Assembly: GCA_963666285.1 (NCBI GenBank) | Contig: OY762711.1 | DNA length: 64,000 nt | Direction: 5' to 3' (one strand) | From: Sedimentisphaerales bacterium | GTDB taxonomy: Bacteria > Planctomycetota > Phycisphaerae > Sedimentisphaerales > SM23-30 | Part shown: positions 11,040-20,187 of the stretch, piece by piece | Position numbering within the stretch: the stretch's first letter is position 1 | Layout of the letters: the number at the start of each line of letters is the position of its first letter | Made by a program: the position numbers and the translations under genes | The notes under the pieces: model-generated | Told to the model about the DNA's origin: nothing | Seen by the model: the letters and a program-made list of their open reading frames with translations, nothing else | Databases searched by the model: none

Positions 11040-12296
11040 TTAGATTACCCTGTATTTCTTACCTGTTTCAATAATAATATCGGCAGCTCTACTTAACTGC
11101 TCTTTACTAAAACTACTCATTACACATATTCGCACACGAGCTTCCTTGTGCCTTACTGCAGGATAACTAACTATATTTGTATACACACCATCCTCAAATA
11201 ATTGCCTGTGAAATAACGCTAATTTCTCATCATCTCCTATTATAAGAGGAATTATACCGGAATTGCTTACACCAATTTCAAATCCTGCTTTTTGCAGAAT
11301 AGCCTTAAGGAAATAAATGTTTTCCCAGAGCCTGCTACGACCAGCCTTATCTTCACTAAGTAATTTAAATACCTCGACAAGGCCTGCAGCAATTGGTGCA
11401 GGTAAAGCAGTAGAAAAGAAATACGAACGAACATAAATTCTCAAATAATCTATAATCTCTTTTTTACCCGCACAATACCCACCGAGACCAGCAGGAGCCT
11501 TACTTAACATACCCACATGCATATCCACTTTATCCATAACACCATAATACTCAGCAGTTCCCCTGCCGGTAGGGCCAACTACTCCTATGCCATGAGCATC
11601 ATCAACCATCAAACGACAACGATATTCTCCTGCCAGCTCTGCAATTTCATCCAGCCTGGCCATATCACCATGCATAGAAAAGACACCATCGGTAACAATA
11701 AGTTTACCGCCATTATTACTGTCGCATTTTTCCAATATACGCCTCAAACAGCGAATATTACCATGAGGATATATCTTTATTCCTGCCCCTGAAAGCATTG
11801 CCCCATCAAATATTGATGCATGATTAGCAGAATCGTTAATTATAATATCACTCTTGCCGCACATAGCTGATATTACGCCCACATTAGTACCATAACCAGA
11901 TGGAAATACAATCGCATCCTCAGAACTATAAAAGTCTGCTATCTGTCCCTCTAACTGCTCGTGCAAATCCGTCAGACCGGCATAAAGAGAAACTGCACCC
12001 ATACCATAACCATATTTATCTATCGCTTCTTTTGCGGCTTTGATTACAACTGGATGACTATTCAGATTAAGGTATGAATTAGAACCAAGCATATAGACTT
12101 CTCTCTTACCACCCTTCTGCTCAATTTCCACTTCCGGCCGAGCATACGAACTAACTACATGACCTAAACCATCAAGTAAACCTTCCGGAGTTTCTCTCAG
12201 GCACCTTGCCAGTTCATATGCCTTATAGAATATATCATTATTTGCCACTTCGACAAAATCTTCAAAACTTTTCTTTTCAACCGTAGTATTCTTCAT
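11040..12296 (-). CDS. PLP-dependent alpha-oxoamine synthase (serine palmitoyltransferase/BioF/KBL family, SPT-like)
   Basis: GSNSYLNL, NHASIFDG, DGVFSMHGD, DDAHGIG, GMLSKAPAG (PLP Lys). Confidence 0.85.
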   Translation of the reverse strand: MKNTTVEKKSFEDFVEVANNDIFYKAYELARCLRETPEGLLDGLGHVVSSYARPEVEIEQKGGKREVYMLGSNSYLNLNSHPVVIKAAKEAIDKYGYGMGAVSLYAGLTDLHEQLEGQIADFYSSEDAIVFPSGYGTNVGVISAMCGKSDIIINDSANHASIFDGAMLSGAGIKIYPHGNIRCLRRILEKCDSNNGGKLIVTDGVFSMHGDMARLDEIAELAGEYRCRLMVDDAHGIGVVGPTGRGTAEYYGVMDKVDMHVGMLSKAPAGLGGYCAGKKEIIDYLRIYVRSYFFSTALPAPIAAGLVEVFKLLSEDKAGRSRLWENIYFLKAILQKAGFEIGVSNSGIIPLIIGDDEKLALFHRQLFEDGVYTNIVSYPAVRHKEARVRICVMSSFSKEQLSRAADIIIETGKKYRVI

Positions 12297-12350
12297 TTAC
12301 ACACCTCTCAATCCTCAATCATTCCATCTAAAATATAATGTACACGGTAT

Positions 12351-13547
12351 TTACTGACAATAACATTGCAACATTGACTTGCTATCACAATTAACAGCAC
12401 ACAAATTACAATTTGTACATTTAGACTTTTTCCAATTATTTTCCGCAATTTTACTAACAATATCCGGCTCGCAGATAAACGGCCGACACATACTAATAAT
12501 CGGAAGCTTAAAATCATTAACAATCTTTTGAATACTTTCAAGCGACCGTATTCCGCCAACAGCAAATACCGGCATGGAAGTAGATTCACTAATTTCTCTG
12601 GCTGCTGCCAGGTTATAATTCTCACTAAATGGTATAAAATGTTGCAGATAACTTTTTAACCTGAATCTTCGCCACACAGCCCGGATAATACCTGGCATTT
12701 TATTAAACAAAGGATTTACTTCAAAGACTTTACCAACAGGACAACCTCCCCTGAAAATATTCATTGCATATTCCATCGTGCCATAGCTGATCTCAACAGC
12801 ATCTGCTAATCCCTCTAATTGCTTAACCGTTTGTATTGTATCGGAAACTCTTAGCCCTCTATCATCACTATGGCTTAATTTAACCAGCACCGGATAACTT
12901 TCATCACATCTTTCCTTTATTTTACGTAATATTTCACAAAGCAGTAAACTGCGTTTACCCCACCTGTCATTCCTGTTGTTAGTATAAGGCGACAAAAACT
13001 GGTGTATCAGATATCCGTGAGCTGCATGAACCTGAATACCATCAAAACCTGCAATCTTGGCTCGACTTGCAGCCCTGGCAAAATCATCGATTATGGCTGA
13101 GATTTCAGCATCTGCCAGCATTCTCACTTTTTGCCGAAAATAACTGCACCTTTTACTACCGGCCCCTACAACTCCACAATTACTCACACTACTTAATGTC
13201 TGCCGACCAGTGTGAGCAATCTGCATTATCATTTTAACCTCAGGATACTCCCGCTTAACTTCACTGATTACTTTTTGCCAGGCCGTACAATGTCCTTCCG
13301 AAGCAATTCCAGCCTGATACCGCTGCATAGCTCGCCCCTGCCGACTGACATAACAAAAACCTGTAGCAATCGCACCAACACCACCGGCAGAAAGTCGCTT
13401 ATACAAATCAGCAAGCTTCTGAGATACTATTCCATCACTATCTGCCATGCCCTCATAAGTGGCTGATCGCATAAAACGGTTATCAACAGTAAGACTACCA
13501 AGCTTAACCTGTGTAAATAATAATTCCTTATTTGAACACACGATCAA
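12351..13547 (-). CDS. NADH:flavin oxidoreductase (old yellow enzyme family) with C-terminal Cys motif
   Basis: NRFMRSATYE, QIAHTGRQ, HAAHGYLIHQFLSP, CTNCNLC. Confidence 0.9.
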   Translation of the reverse strand: MIVCSNKELLFTQVKLGSLTVDNRFMRSATYEGMADSDGIVSQKLADLYKRLSAGGVGAIATGFCYVSRQGRAMQRYQAGIASEGHCTAWQKVISEVKREYPEVKMIMQIAHTGRQTLSSVSNCGVVGAGSKRCSYFRQKVRMLADAEISAIIDDFARAASRAKIAGFDGIQVHAAHGYLIHQFLSPYTNNRNDRWGKRSLLLCEILRKIKERCDESYPVLVKLSHSDDRGLRVSDTIQTVKQLEGLADAVEISYGTMEYAMNIFRGGCPVGKVFEVNPLFNKMPGIIRAVWRRFRLKSYLQHFIPFSENYNLAAAREISESTSMPVFAVGGIRSLESIQKIVNDFKLPIISMCRPFICEPDIVSKIAENNWKKSKCTNCNLCAVNCDSKSMLQCYCQ

Positions 13548-14490
13548 CCAACTCCAAAATCATGTTAATATATTCAGCCTTGTTAGTTATTTCTCTTGCA
13601 CAAGGCGGAATACTTTTAAGCTTTGAAAAATTACCGTTAGTATTAAAAAATATTCCATGATCGCTAGATTGTTTCACTCTTCCGATCCTGACTGAATCCA
13701 TTTCAGGCATCACCCCAACCGGTAAAGTAAACATCAACTCATATTCTCCAGCTCCGCCAAACAAAAATGCCTGCGGTGCGACCCCATTTTCTTTACAAAA
13801 TACCAATACTTCCTTATCAATGGGCAGTTCATCAGTCTGAATAGAAAATTCCAAATCAGGATTATTACCTGCAAGCGTCCATAATGAATCAATAAAACCA
13901 CCACTGGTATCAATACAACCCAATGCGTTTTTCCTGATATATTCGGCTTCGATCTTTCGCAATTCAAAAGCAGGAACCGGTTTCTCCAGCAAAGCTGCCA
14001 GGTTCGCATCACATAAACTTCCGGTAACCCATAACTCCTGCTCAATCAAAGGTAATTTTCGAGATAAATATTTCTCACCATCCAGCTCTCCAATAGCCGT
14101 TGCAGTATACCGCCAATTTGCGCCGAATCCCAGATCTCCACCTATAAGGCAGCACCCGGCATTCTCCAATACTCTACTAACCCCAACTGATAATTCGGTG
14201 GAAAATTCAACATTACCGCCCTTAGACAGCACAATTGCATGAATATAATATTTTGGAATTGCACCACAGGCATACAGATCGCTGAGAACAGCAATTGCCA
14301 TATTACTCCCTAACACAGCAGCCCCAGGATCGCCGAACATATCTTCATCGGAAAACTCATCCATTGTAACCGCAATATTGCCGCCAGATACTTTTACAAT
14401 TTCCGCATCACATTCAAAAGATTTATTCAGCTGATCATCACTGCGATCGAACTGGCCAAGTATATTCTCAATTATTGCTTGTTCACGCAT
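13528..14490 (-). CDS. Divergent ThiL-like kinase (PurM/AIRS fold)
   Basis: AVLSDLYACGA, LIGGD, VTGSL, IDTSGG and GGAGEYEL correspond to ThiL motifs with substitutions. Confidence 0.7.
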   Translation of the reverse strand: MREQAIIENILGQFDRSDDQLNKSFECDAEIVKVSGGNIAVTMDEFSDEDMFGDPGAAVLGSNMAIAVLSDLYACGAIPKYYIHAIVLSKGGNVEFSTELSVGVSRVLENAGCCLIGGDLGFGANWRYTATAIGELDGEKYLSRKLPLIEQELWVTGSLCDANLAALLEKPVPAFELRKIEAEYIRKNALGCIDTSGGFIDSLWTLAGNNPDLEFSIQTDELPIDKEVLVFCKENGVAPQAFLFGGAGEYELMFTLPVGVMPEMDSVRIGRVKQSSDHGIFFNTNGNFSKLKSIPPCAREITNKAEYINMILELVDRVFK

Positions 14491-15400
14491 ATTCTATCCC
14501 TAACAGTTCGATTGCCCCCGGAACGATTTTCGCTTTAACAGGTAAATACCCCTTACTATCTCCATCAAATTCAACCTTTACTGAACCTGACCCATACACT
14601 TCAAGTTTCACAAACTCACTTAACCAGAGTTTTCCTTCTACCTCCAGCTTCTTAAGCGTAAACAAATCTCCTTTATAAAACTCTGGCAGAAGTTTCAACA
14701 ACCCCATTTTCCCTTTTGCCATTATCGCTAAAACATAAGCTTTCCCATCATCAGCAGAGATATCCAAACCAACTTTAATGCCTGAAGCTATATATGGATT
14801 CTTTATTATCATTATGTGAATACATGATTTTAAACTCTGCTTTTCCCCATCAACCATTACATCCAGATCATGTGGCTTATTCACTAGCAATGCTTTTATC
14901 AAACCGAATAATGTACCAAGTCTGTCACCAAAATATTTCCTGTACTTATTAGAAAAATCTGCAACATCTGACCCTAAACCAATATTTGAACTGCAGCCAA
15001 AATACCCTGTTGCGGCTTTACCGCTTTTATCTTTATATTCAATCTGAACCAGGTCAATCTTACTGCTCCTTTCACTCAAAATCACATCCACAGCCTTACC
15101 TGGCTCAACAGGCAAATTATGAAATTTGCAGAAATCAGGACTTGTGCCAGAATATAAAACTCCCATAATGCGGTTCTTTTCTCTCTGCATCACACCATTT
15201 ATGACCTCATTTATCATCCCATCACCGCCAACCGCAACTGCAATTTCCTCATTTGCCGCGGCAATCTCTGTAGCATGCCCTGGATATTCCGTTTCCATCT
15301 GACCAAAATCAACTTTAGATTTTCGCAATCTATCCAACATCACCGGCCAGAGCTTTCTCCCTTTGCCGAATCTTGAATGTGAACACATTATAAGCAGCAT
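14483..15400 (-). CDS. Diacylglycerol/sphingosine kinase family (YegS/DgkB-like)
   Basis: TEYPGHA, AVGGDGMINEVING, GTSPDF, EFDGD. Confidence 0.88.
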   Translation of the reverse strand: MLLIMCSHSRFGKGRKLWPVMLDRLRKSKVDFGQMETEYPGHATEIAAANEEIAVAVGGDGMINEVINGVMQREKNRIMGVLYSGTSPDFCKFHNLPVEPGKAVDVILSERSSKIDLVQIEYKDKSGKAATGYFGCSSNIGLGSDVADFSNKYRKYFGDRLGTLFGLIKALLVNKPHDLDVMVDGEKQSLKSCIHIMIIKNPYIASGIKVGLDISADDGKAYVLAIMAKGKMGLLKLLPEFYKGDLFTLKKLEVEGKLWLSEFVKLEVYGSGSVKVEFDGDSKGYLPVKAKIVPGAIELLGIEYA

Positions 15401-16704
15401 TATTTCCCACCATTCATATTTCTACGGTATATCCCAAGTTTCTTATAAAGCTTAGTCTCCTTACCCCTATCCCATTTCCCAACCAATTCCCTGGTATATT
15501 TCCAGGGTACAGGAGTGTGTGTAAGACCATACTTTTCAACAAGCCCGGCAATCCCCTCAGCCTGGCTGCAGCAGAGCCAATCTTCACATGGATAAGGGAA
15601 ACAACTCCTCATACGATCAAAAACCTCATCAAAACCCTCTTCGACGATATTTCCAAATGAAATATTCAGGAATTCACATGGCTGCATTTCACCTGCGGCA
15701 TTAATATAGAATCTGTCAATTGCTCCGGCAGTACAACCAAGGCCATCTGGCCGTTCTTCAAACACCTGGGCAGCCAGGGCAGGAAACTCCTTTTTGCATG
15801 ATGAGTTATATTCTTTATGCTTATCTCGAACTGCCTCAATATGCCTTTTATGCTGAACAATATCTTTACCTGAAGCCAGCCACTTCCCTGCTGGTTTTGG
15901 ATGGATAAGCTGCACAAACTGAACATCAAGTTTTTTGGCAAGCTCCATCAACCTGTCCAACTTACCACAATCCAGCTGTTGGGCTGTTAAAACACTATTA
16001 ATTGCTATCACAAGCCCAAGTTCTCTTGCCATACCAATTGCGTTACATGCTGCATTAAAAGAACCTTCAACGCCGGTAAACAAATCATGCTCAACTGCAT
16101 CAGGTGAATGTATAGAAACCATCAGTCCAAAAAGTCCTTTACCCTGCAACTCCAGAAGTTGCTCCCTGCTCACTGACCTGCCATGAGTATTTACCCATAC
16201 CTCACTTTTGTCGTCAAAAACTTCTAAAAGCTTACTCAAACGGTCAAATAGCAAAAATGGCTCCCCACCTTCAATATCAAACATAGCTACACCCTTTTCA
16301 CGCAGCTTTATTGCGACTTGCTGAAGATGCTCAAGAGCAATATCATTACCTCCATCTTTTCGCTGATAACAATGTGGACAATGGAAATCGCATGCACGCG
16401 TCATACTGTAAACAATTGTTACCGGTCGTGCCGGGCTATGGATAAGCTTTGATTCGATTGCATGAAAGAAAGCACCGGTTGGATATGCTGGCAAATATAA
16501 ATGAATTTTATAACCACTGGGGACTTTCACAGGCTTATCCGGCCAGAAAGTTTTTAACAATATTGATGCACGCCATAAAAAACTGGGATATCTTTTGGGA
16601 TTAACCCTAAACATGTAGTAAAACATCACATGCAATGCTATTCGAACATATAGCATTAGTTTTGGCACCCCGGTTATTTGCCTGGTCTGGTTAGTATATT
16701 TCAT
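15400..16704 (-). CDS. Radical SAM protein with SPASM/twitch-like C-terminal domain
   Basis: CDFHCPHC (CxxxCxxC), GGEP, GCTAG..YINAAGEMQPC. Confidence 0.9.
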   Translation of the reverse strand: MKYTNQTRQITGVPKLMLYVRIALHVMFYYMFRVNPKRYPSFLWRASILLKTFWPDKPVKVPSGYKIHLYLPAYPTGAFFHAIESKLIHSPARPVTIVYSMTRACDFHCPHCYQRKDGGNDIALEHLQQVAIKLREKGVAMFDIEGGEPFLLFDRLSKLLEVFDDKSEVWVNTHGRSVSREQLLELQGKGLFGLMVSIHSPDAVEHDLFTGVEGSFNAACNAIGMARELGLVIAINSVLTAQQLDCGKLDRLMELAKKLDVQFVQLIHPKPAGKWLASGKDIVQHKRHIEAVRDKHKEYNSSCKKEFPALAAQVFEERPDGLGCTAGAIDRFYINAAGEMQPCEFLNISFGNIVEEGFDEVFDRMRSCFPYPCEDWLCCSQAEGIAGLVEKYGLTHTPVPWKYTRELVGKWDRGKETKLYKKLGIYRRNMNGGK

Positions 16705-16707
16705 TTT

Positions 16708-17694
16708 CTACGCCTTCGTATCACCATAATGACTGAAGAAAAACTGGATCAATATATAACTTGCAATCATAAGATATAATGCCAGAGTCCCATCAAAAAT
16801 TGCTATCAGGGAAACCTGCCCAGCAACACATGCCTGTATATTTGTTACAAGACTGAAATACGTTTTTTGCCCGTACGGGTTAGTAAAAAACAGATATGCT
16901 GTCCAACATTGCAAAAACAATGTCACCAGACAGCAAAACAAAAATGTCTTCTGATACAGAATTGACTCCACTGGAAGCCAATCTATTGTTATAAAAAACA
17001 CTAATGCTATCGCTGATATAAATGCTCCAATAATCCCGGCATAGCGACCTATATTTATACCATACCGTACAATAAAAGTCTTTTTCCCCGCAGCTTTATC
17101 GCCTTGATAATCTTTGAAATATGTATAATACGTCATTACCGCATTTAATATTGCTACTAATATTAAACCTGTTATCCTGTTACTTGTGAAAAATGGGTCC
17201 AATAGCGGACCACACGCCAGGAAACCATACGCCGTACACATGGATATCATAATACCAAAAACAATATTTCCTGTCAGGCTCCACGCTTTTGCATATTCAT
17301 ATAAAACATTTAACAATATACCTAAAACTGCCGGAATAATTGCCCAGGGATTCAATAGCCAACTTATAAATATCATAAATATAAGAAAAAAAATAGTTAC
17401 TACTAATGCACATTTGGGATCCAACTCACCTGTCACCATAGGCCTGTTAGGAGCATTGATTTTATCTTCTTCCAATCCAAGATAATCATTAATGATCTGA
17501 TTAATTCCCCAGCTCAAAAAAAGCATAGCTAATATCAGCATCAGCCTTTCATTAGATACAGCTCCATCCACCTTAAAATTATAAAAAGACACACCCACCC
17601 AACCTGCTATCCCTGTAACAAAAGCATAGTATAATCGCATTGACTTTATGTACGCCTTTGTAAAACCCATAACTTTTTTCAATTCTAACTCCAT
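16708..17694 (-). CDS. UbiA-family intramembrane prenyltransferase (DGGGP/chlorophyll-synthase-like motifs)
   Basis: About 9 TM segments; NDYLGLEEDKINAPNRP and KDYQGDKAAGKKT. Start at ATG 17694 with a GAGGA RBS. Confidence 0.85.
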   Translation of the reverse strand: MELELKKVMGFTKAYIKSMRLYYAFVTGIAGWVGVSFYNFKVDGAVSNERLMLILAMLFLSWGINQIINDYLGLEEDKINAPNRPMVTGELDPKCALVVTIFFLIFMIFISWLLNPWAIIPAVLGILLNVLYEYAKAWSLTGNIVFGIMISMCTAYGFLACGPLLDPFFTSNRITGLILVAILNAVMTYYTYFKDYQGDKAAGKKTFIVRYGINIGRYAGIIGAFISAIALVFFITIDWLPVESILYQKTFLFCCLVTLFLQCWTAYLFFTNPYGQKTYFSLVTNIQACVAGQVSLIAIFDGTLALYLMIASYILIQFFFSHYGDTKA

Positions 17695-17749
17695 TTTTCT
17701 ATCCTCAAATTCCAAAAAACTCTCATAAAAACACCAAAATAATATCCAA

Positions 17750-18322
17750 CTATAGATTCAGTATGTTTTTATCCAACATTTTCTCTCTCATCGAATCACC
17801 AAAAAGCTCTAAGTGTTTGCCTATTGTTATCATTGTCCCAATCCCAATCAAACGCCATGCTGTCGATTCTGCAAAATCTGTAACATCCTGCTTATTATTC
17901 CCATAATAACTTAAAATCATATCAACCAGGTACCTGTGAATACGATTATACATTTCTTGCAGCACTTTTTTTATATCCGGCTCATCTACCTCATTTAAGC
18001 CGGAAAAGATAATCATATAATGCCCCAATTCGGCAAAATGGGTTGATTCATAATCAAACAGTACTTCAAGCGGCTTGTTCTCCTGAAGCGTTTTGGATAT
18101 TTGCCTTTCCCAAATCTCAAGAATATTATCCGTCAGATATTTCACAGAAGCGACAAACATTGCCTTTTTGTCTTCCCATAATCGATAAAGTATCGCTTCC
18201 TTCACCCCACATTCATTGGCAATCGCAGACGTAGTCGCACGGCGATATCCAAGACACGCAAAAGCCTTAGCCACTAATGGAAGCATTTCTTTACGCTTTT
18301 CATATCTTTTATCTGTTTTCAT
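17750..18322 (-). CDS. TetR family transcriptional regulator
   Basis: N-terminal HTH AFACLGYRRATTSAIANECGVKEAILYRLWEDK. Confidence 0.9.
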   Translation of the reverse strand: MKTDKRYEKRKEMLPLVAKAFACLGYRRATTSAIANECGVKEAILYRLWEDKKAMFVASVKYLTDNILEIWERQISKTLQENKPLEVLFDYESTHFAELGHYMIIFSGLNEVDEPDIKKVLQEMYNRIHRYLVDMILSYYGNNKQDVTDFAESTAWRLIGIGTMITIGKHLELFGDSMREKMLDKNILNL

Positions 18323-18339
18323 TCTTAAATCCTCAAAAC

Positions 18340-18372
18340 GTTAGCAAACACTAACTGTTAGTAAATGCTAAC
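18340..18372. promoter_or_regulatory. Tandem palindromic operator, probably for the TetR protein
   Basis: GTTAG-CAAACA-CTAAC (18340-18355) and GTTAG-TAAATG-CTAAC (18357-18372), directly upstream of the tetR start. Confidence 0.65.
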
Positions 18373-18423
18373 ACTATTATCAGCAGAATGCAAAATAATT
18401 CTCAAAAAAATATGAGAGAAACC

Positions 18424-18445
18424 ACTACACTTATACTACACTTAT
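18424..18445. repeat. Tandem 11-bp direct repeat, candidate integrase arm-type site
   Basis: ACTACACTTAT x2, about 100 bp inside the attR-like tRNA copy. Confidence 0.55.
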
Positions 18446-18544
18446 GCGGCTGTGTTTAATGGTATTTACAGGCATATTACAAAACTGTTAACCGCTGTTA
18501 ATAGCATAACTTACAAGATTTAAACAGTTAGCTGGATGCACTCA

Positions 18545-18584
18545 GCATGCAAGAGGTCGTCGGTTCGTTCCCGATCGGCTCCAT
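18545..18584 (+). repeat. attR-like copy of the tRNA-Ala 3' end
   Basis: 39/40 identical to 4365-4404; 5' half of the tRNA is absent. Confidence 0.92.
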
Positions 18585-18590
18585 ATAACA

Positions 18591-18630
18591 AAAAACGCCC
18601 TACAGAATTATTAACTGTAAGGCGTTTTTA
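18591..18630. terminator. Bidirectional intrinsic terminator after the attR-like site
   Basis: AAAAACGCCCTACAG..CTGTAAGGCGTTTTT imperfect hairpin. Confidence 0.65.
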
Positions 18631-18782
18631 ATTGATACTTCCTAAACTACTCCTAATCAAAAGAATTACCATTACATAGCCATAATTATATAAAGAAAAT
18701 CATAATTGCCATAATACTGGTTATATTGCCGCACATCTTAAAAAAAAGTAAAATTACTATCTTCAACATCTTGCACTTGAGC

Positions 18783-19454
18783 TTATCTTTTGGTAGCTAA
18801 AGCAGCTTCTGCCACCCTTTGACCTAATTGAACAGCAGTTTTGATACCAAACTCATCCTTAGTAATATCATCATTGTAGGCATTAACCAGGGTGGCTCCC
18901 TGGTGAGCGCCAGGCTTTCCACCTACAATCATAGCTTCATGGCAAAGAAGTGCCGCTTGTATTTGCTGAATACCCATTTCCTGCCCGCCATTCCTATAAG
19001 CACCGACAGTCAATGCACCAACCGGCACATTGGCTAACTTCAGCTCAGGTTTTCGTAAAACCGCTATACGCTCTAAAAATGACATACAAACTGAACTGAT
19101 ATTCCGAAAATATATAGGAGAGCCAATTATCATGCCATCCGGGTATGGGTCTTTAAGTTTAGGCAGAACAAGATCTGTAAAATGATCTTGCTGAAATTTA
19201 CCAGTGCTGTTCCAGCCAGAGAAATACAATTCACCCAAATCTATCAATTCAACTTGAATCTGGTTTGATATTTTACTAGCCGCATCCAAGGCAACCTGCA
19301 CTGCTGTTGCAGTTGTCTTACCTTTTCTTGGACTGCAACTAATACCGACAATTCTAACCTTACCTTCTGTTTCATCTTTTGCCTGAGCTTGTGAAGCAAA
19401 CGCAACGACTCCACCAACAGCTGCACTTTTAGCTATAAAACTTCGTCTATCCAT
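18783..19454 (-). CDS. Tat-exported flavodoxin-like / NADPH-dependent FMN reductase family protein
   Basis: MDRRSFIAK twin-arginine signal; SCSPRKGKT, GSPIYF, GAYRNGGQE. Confidence 0.82.
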   Translation of the reverse strand: MDRRSFIAKSAAVGGVVAFASQAQAKDETEGKVRIVGISCSPRKGKTTATAVQVALDAASKISNQIQVELIDLGELYFSGWNSTGKFQQDHFTDLVLPKLKDPYPDGMIIGSPIYFRNISSVCMSFLERIAVLRKPELKLANVPVGALTVGAYRNGGQEMGIQQIQAALLCHEAMIVGGKPGAHQGATLVNAYNDDITKDEFGIKTAVQLGQRVAEAALATKR

Positions 19455-19487
19455 AATAATACTCCTGATGTAAAAATGATTATGCAA

Positions 19488-20186
19488 TTAAGGAGCTGTA
19501 TAAATCAGCCACACACCTCCTATAAGGACTAGAACACCACATATTTTCTTCAATATAACTGAACCTTTGGATTTATCATTCCAATTCATATACCGCTGAA
19601 CGATTTCAGTAAACGTTCCCGCAAAAATAATCACAGAACAATGCCCTACACCATAGGTAAATAATAAAAGAATACCATATGAGAGGTTAGTAGAAGAAAG
19701 CTTAAATGTTACACCAAGCATTGGAGCCATATATGCAAAAGTACACGGCCCAAGCGCAATTCCAAACACAAGACCAAGGATAAATGCAGCAAGCAACCCT
19801 TTCTTCTTCATACCTATCTGCCCTGGACCGGATAACGGAATATTTATGACTTCAAGCAGATGCAGCCCCACAACAAAGAATATCAATGCTACAAAATAAT
19901 TGCCATATTGACCTATATCACCCATCATCCTGCCAGCGGCGGCAGTTATTGCACCTATAGCACCGATTGTAATCAAAATCCCAACTGAAAACAGGGTTGA
20001 TATCCAGAAAGCCCGCCTGGTAGATATTCGACCCTGTTCATCAATAAATCCAATTATCAGTGGAATACTGGCAAGATGACACGGACTTAGTACAATGCTT
20101 AGCACACCCCATATAAAAGAGGCAAGCAATGCGATAAACCAGGCTCCTTCAACGGCATTTGTTAGCTCGGTAAATAATTCCTGCAT
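19488..20186 (-). CDS. ccdA: CcdA/DsbD-type transmembrane thiol-disulfide electron transporter
   Basis: LSPCHL and LGPCTF motifs; 6 TM segments. Confidence 0.85.
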   Translation of the reverse strand: MQELFTELTNAVEGAWFIALLASFIWGVLSIVLSPCHLASIPLIIGFIDEQGRISTRRAFWISTLFSVGILITIGAIGAITAAAGRMMGDIGQYGNYFVALIFFVVGLHLLEVINIPLSGPGQIGMKKKGLLAAFILGLVFGIALGPCTFAYMAPMLGVTFKLSSTNLSYGILLLFTYGVGHCSVIIFAGTFTEIVQRYMNWNDKSKGSVILKKICGVLVLIGGVWLIYTAP

Positions 20187-20187
20187 A

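Noticed and set aside
11040..14490. Calling these genes bioF and thiL (vitamin synthesis)
   Set aside because: No other biotin or thiamine genes are nearby, the ThiL motifs are divergent and the context is lipid-related; symbols withheld.
18545..18584. Second tRNA-Ala gene
   Set aside because: Only the 3' half is present, with no D arm or 5' acceptor strand; it is an att-like repeat.
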